From contig PKXZ01000015.1 of the NCBI GenBank assembly GCA_003132525.1, positions 50,204 to 110,470 of the forward strand: a DNA stretch of 60,267 nucleotides. Reading direction: 5' to 3'. The stretch comes from Candidatus Dormiibacterota bacterium. Lineage in GTDB: Bacteria; Chloroflexota; Dormibacteria; Aeolococcales; Aeolococcaceae. Both the position numbers and the translations under genes were made by a program. The notes beneath the pieces are model-generated. The model saw only the letters and a list, made by a program, of their open reading frames with translations, was not told the DNA's origin and searched no databases. This document shows, one piece after another, positions 57,105 to 60,267 of the stretch (positions are counted from its first letter, which is position 1; each line of letters begins with the position of its first letter).

Positions 57105-58110
57105 GGTCCTCGTCCTCGGCGGCACCGACTTCGTCGGCCCGGCGGTGGTCGATGCCGCGCTTGCGCGCGGCGACGAGGTCACGATCTTTCATCGCGGGCA
57201 GACGGGGTCCGCGCCCGAAGGCGTCCGAGTGATCCACGGCGACCGCACCAACCCGAGCGACCTCGAGCCGGTCACCGGTGAGGCGTGGGACATGGTCGTC
57301 GATGCGTGGTCGCGGGCGCCGCGCGTTGTGCTCCAGTCGGCGCAAGCACTTGAGCCGCATGCGGCGCGATACGTCTACATCTCGACGATCTCGGTGTACG
57401 CCGAGGCGCACGAAGGCGTCATCACGGAGGCATCGCCGACGGTCGATGCGCGTCCCGATGCCGACACGACCGACTATCCCGCGGACAAGCGCGGCGCCGA
57501 GCTGGCAATCGAGAGCGTGTTCGGCCGCGAACGCGGTGTCTTCGCCCGGCCCGGGCTGATTCTCGGACCGCGCGAGAACATCGGCCGTCTGCCCTGGTGG
57601 CTGCGTCGCATCGCGGCCGGCGGCGAGGTGCTCGCGCCGCAGCCGCAGGACCTCGCCGTGCAGTACATCGATGCACGAGATCTCGCCGCGTTTGCAATCG
57701 ACACAACGCTCAACGGAGCGGTCAACGTGTTGAGCCGGCCGGGTCACACCACCATGGCCGGCGTGCTCGACCTCTGTCGCGAGGTCACCGGTTCGAATGC
57801 AACGTTCACCTGGGTCGACGCCCAGTTCCTGCTCGACAACAAGGTCGAGCCGTGGACCGAGCTGCCCATCTGGGTGCCGCCGATCGGCGACATGGAGAGC
57901 TTCTACTCCTGCGACTCTTCGCTCGCGTTGCGATCGGGACTCACGTGCCGCCCCGCACGCGACACGGTGCAGGACTGCTGGTCGTGGTTGCATGACAACC
58001 CCGAGTGGCAACAGGTTGTTGCCCCGAATCGTTCACGCGTCGGCCTTGATCCGGAGCGGGAGCATGCGTTGCTCGCCGCCTGGAAGGATCACTCGCCGGC
58101 TTCGCGATAG
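57094..58110 (+). CDS. NAD(P)-dependent epimerase/dehydratase-family SDR
   Basis: Rossmann motif VLVLGGTDFVGPAVV and Y-x3-K as YPADKRG. Confidence 0.7.
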   Translation: MPRKVLVLGGTDFVGPAVVDAALARGDEVTIFHRGQTGSAPEGVRVIHGDRTNPSDLEPVTGEAWDMVVDAWSRAPRVVLQSAQALEPHAARYVYISTISVYAEAHEGVITEASPTVDARPDADTTDYPADKRGAELAIESVFGRERGVFARPGLILGPRENIGRLPWWLRRIAAGGEVLAPQPQDLAVQYIDARDLAAFAIDTTLNGAVNVLSRPGHTTMAGVLDLCREVTGSNATFTWVDAQFLLDNKVEPWTELPIWVPPIGDMESFYSCDSSLALRSGLTCRPARDTVQDCWSWLHDNPEWQQVVAPNRSRVGLDPEREHALLAAWKDHSPASR

Positions 58111-58907
58111 CGGCGCTGCCGCTGGGCGACGAGCTCGTCAATCGGTATCGCGCACAGCTCGTCGAGGTTGCGGATCACCGCTCCACGAATGGCGGCGATG
58201 ACCAGTGACGCGTGCGCGTGCGCACCGGGCGCCGGTTCGGGGATGAGCTCGTCGACAAGGCCGATACGTTGCGCCGTCTCCACACCGGGACGGAGCGCTG
58301 CGGCAGCTCGAGCACGCTGTCCCGCGTCGCGATAGAGGATGGCGGCGCACGTCTCCGGCGGAGCGACCGTGTAGACCGCGTTCTCAAGGGCGAGCACCCG
58401 GTCGCCCAGGGCGAGTGCCAGCGCACCACCCGAGCCGCCCTCGCTCAGCACCACGCTGACCGTCGGCGTGCGCAGACCGAGCATGCAAAGCAACGCATCG
58501 GCAATCGCCCACGCCTGGCCGCGCTCCTCCGCGCCGATCCCCGCATGTGCCGCGGGCGTATCAACCAGGCAGACCACCGGCATCGAGAACTTCTCCGCCT
58601 GGCGCATCAGCCGCACCGCCTTGCGATACCCCTCGGGATGGGGCATCCCGAAGTTGTGGAGCGCGCGCGTCATCGGGTCGGTGCCCTTCTCCTGACCGAT
58701 CACCATGACCGAGCGGCCGCCGAGGCGGGCCGGGCCGCCGACCACGGCGCGGTCGTCGCCGAAGAGCCGGTCGCCGCGCAGCTCCGTCCATCCCCCGGTG
58801 ATGGCGGAGATCACCTGGAGCGCGCGGGGGCGCTCTGGATGCCGGGCCAACTCGACCGCCGCAAAGGCGATCCGTTCGCGTTCGGTGGTCTCGATCGTGC
58901 TGCTCAT
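58089..58907 (-). CDS. accA: Acetyl-CoA carboxylase carboxyltransferase alpha subunit
   Basis: ARHPERP, GGSGGALAL and the IDTPGA-equivalent LVDTPAAHAG. Start trimmed to the ATG at comp(58905..58907), a 4-nt overlap with accD. Confidence 0.85.
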   Translation of the reverse strand: MSSTIETTERERIAFAAVELARHPERPRALQVISAITGGWTELRGDRLFGDDRAVVGGPARLGGRSVMVIGQEKGTDPMTRALHNFGMPHPEGYRKAVRLMRQAEKFSMPVVCLVDTPAAHAGIGAEERGQAWAIADALLCMLGLRTPTVSVVLSEGGSGGALALALGDRVLALENAVYTVAPPETCAAILYRDAGQRARAAAALRPGVETAQRIGLVDELIPEPAPGAHAHASLVIAAIRGAVIRNLDELCAIPIDELVAQRQRRYREAGE

Positions 58908-59779
58908 GCTCGTCCCGAGTAGATGCGGATCAGCGTCCCGACCGTGTCGCGGAGGCGGCTTCGCTCGACGACAGTGTCGACCATCCCGTGGGCGAGCAGG
59001 AACTCGGCGGTCTGAAACCCCTCCGGCAGCTTGTCGTGCGTGGCCTGCTCGATGACCCTGCCACCCGCGAACCCGATGCGCGCTCCCGGCTCGGCGATGA
59101 TCACGTCCGCCTGCACGGCGAAGGATGCGGTGACGCCGCCGAAGCACGGATCGCCGAGGATGCTGATGTACGGCAGCCGGGCGGCGATCACCTCGGCCAC
59201 CGCAGCAGAGCAACGAGCCATCTGTGCAAGCGATGCGATGCCTTCCTGCATCCTCGCGCCACCGGACGTGCACACCGCCACCAGCGCACGGCGCTCCTCG
59301 ACGGCCATCTCGCAGGCGCGGGCGAAGATCTCGCCGGCACCGCTGCCAAGCGACCCGCCGAGAAACGCGAAGTCCATGCAGGCAAGCATCACCGGGTTGC
59401 CCGCCAGCGTCGCCCGTGCGGTGAGGAAGGCCTCATGCAGGCCGGTGCGCTCGCGCGCCCTGGCAACGCGCTGCGGGTAGGGGACGCCGTCATCGAAGCC
59501 GAGGGGATCGCGATCACCAACCTCGAAGAGCAGCGTCTCAGCAGTGTTCGGGTCGGCGAGTTGCGCGATGCGCTGGGCAGCGCCCACCACACCGTGGTGG
59601 CCGCACTCGGAGCACACGTTGAGGTCGGCGGCGTAGCGCTCGGCAACGAAGCGGCGCTTGCAGCGCGGACACGCGACTGTCCCGGTGGTCGGTGCGGTGG
59701 GCCGGAGTTCGGGTCCGGGCGCCTGTAGCCGGTTTCGCGGCGCCTGTCGCCGCGACGTCACCCCGTCGGCGCGATCCAT
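58904..59779 (-). CDS. accD: Acetyl-CoA carboxylase carboxyltransferase beta subunit with an N-terminal Zn-ribbon
   Basis: CPRCKRRF...CSECGHH zinc ribbon; MDFAFLGGSLGSGAGE and SGGARMQEG. Confidence 0.85.
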   Translation of the reverse strand: MDRADGVTSRRQAPRNRLQAPGPELRPTAPTTGTVACPRCKRRFVAERYAADLNVCSECGHHGVVGAAQRIAQLADPNTAETLLFEVGDRDPLGFDDGVPYPQRVARARERTGLHEAFLTARATLAGNPVMLACMDFAFLGGSLGSGAGEIFARACEMAVEERRALVAVCTSGGARMQEGIASLAQMARCSAAVAEVIAARLPYISILGDPCFGGVTASFAVQADVIIAEPGARIGFAGGRVIEQATHDKLPEGFQTAEFLLAHGMVDTVVERSRLRDTVGTLIRIYSGRA

Positions 59780-60267
59780 CGCAGAGCGATGCCACCCCAT
59801 ACGACGCCGGATCCGAAGGCGATGCAGACAACCCGGTCGCCGGAGCGCAGCCGGCCGGTCTCGACGGCCTCGGAAAGCGCGATCGGGATCGAGGCCCCGC
59901 TGGTGTTGCCGTACCGATCGATGTTGATCACCACCCGGTCGAGCGGCAGGGCGAGGCGCTTTGCCACCGCCTCGATGATGCGCAGGTTTGCCTGGTGGGG
60001 CACGAGCAGGGTGACGTCGTCCAGCGACCAGCCCGCCTCGGCGCACACGGTCCGAGCCGCGTCGGCCATGCGCTCGACGCCGAGCCGGAAGGTGCCCTTG
60101 CCGTACATCCGCAGGCCGTTTTCACTCTCTTCGTCGCCCGCCTTGGGGCCGTAGTAGATGAGGTCGGCCTCGCCGCCGTCGGCGCCCCACTGGATCCCTT
60201 CGATGCCGCCGGCGTCGGAGACGCCCAGCACCGCGGCCCCTGCGCCGTCGCCGAAGAGCACGCAGGT
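59758..60267 (-). CDS. fabH: 3-oxoacyl-ACP synthase III. The N-terminus lies outside the window.
   Basis: LFGDGAGAAVL, VPHQANLRII and GNTSGASIP, with the C-terminus FGSGVVWGGIALRW. The reading frame stays open to the window edge. Confidence 0.88.
   Translation of the reverse strand, partial: TCVLFGDGAGAAVLGVSDAGGIEGIQWGADGGEADLIYYGPKAGDEESENGLRMYGKGTFRLGVERMADAARTVCAEAGWSLDDVTLLVPHQANLRIIEAVAKRLALPLDRVVINIDRYGNTSGASIPIALSEAVETGRLRSGDRVVCIAFGSGVVWGGIALRWIAPTG

Overview
This is a densely coding, high-GC chromosomal segment. Hand-counted 100-nt samples give about 73% GC in typical genes. It looks Actinomycetota-like: it has MDMPI/DinB-type enzymes, an HTH-WYL regulator, an Rv3679/Rv3680-like ArsA ATPase pair and -10 boxes that abut start codons. 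I found no rRNA, tRNA, CRISPR array, transposase or integrase.

Content from left to right:
- a truncated ABC ATPase
- a nearly complete menaquinone cluster (menG, menF, menD, menC, menA, menB, menE)
- MBL and NUDIX hydrolases, and a HisN-like phosphatase
- a metal ABC importer (SBP, ATPase, two permeases)
- an orphan LivJ-like SBP preceded by a structured repeat region
- msrA, convergent with a tightly coupled GNAT-WYL-msrB-recQ operon
- a divergent 1154-aa RecB-like nuclease / RNase-H-like exonuclease / SF1B helicase fusion, coupled to a DinB-TPR protein
- a lower-GC arsI-arsC pair
- a thioesterase, an epoxide-hydrolase-like alpha/beta hydrolase, a second MBL and an MFS transporter
- an orphan receiver and a PadR-ABC exporter module
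- a Grx-TrxR fusion / TlpA / MDMPI redox cluster
- an NrtR-like NUDIX regulator, a DUF1003-like membrane protein, a two-HKD PLD protein and a Lon ORF truncated exactly before its AAA+ module
- a lower-GC VOC plus two-glycosyltransferase block
- dxs, a transglutaminase-like protein and bcp
- the ArsA-like ATPase pair and a membrane-anchored SbcC/SbcD-like (YhaN/YhaO-like) pair
- a GAF-GGDEF protein with a degenerate GADEF site
- a MarR-MFS module and an SDR
- a fabH-accD-accA operon end

The most interesting candidate for an undescribed system is the WYL-linked divergent DNA-processing locus at 18.4-24.4 kb. Secondary candidates are the NrtR/DUF1003/PLD/truncated-Lon row and the ars mini-island. 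All functional calls come from motif recognition by eye; no searches were run.
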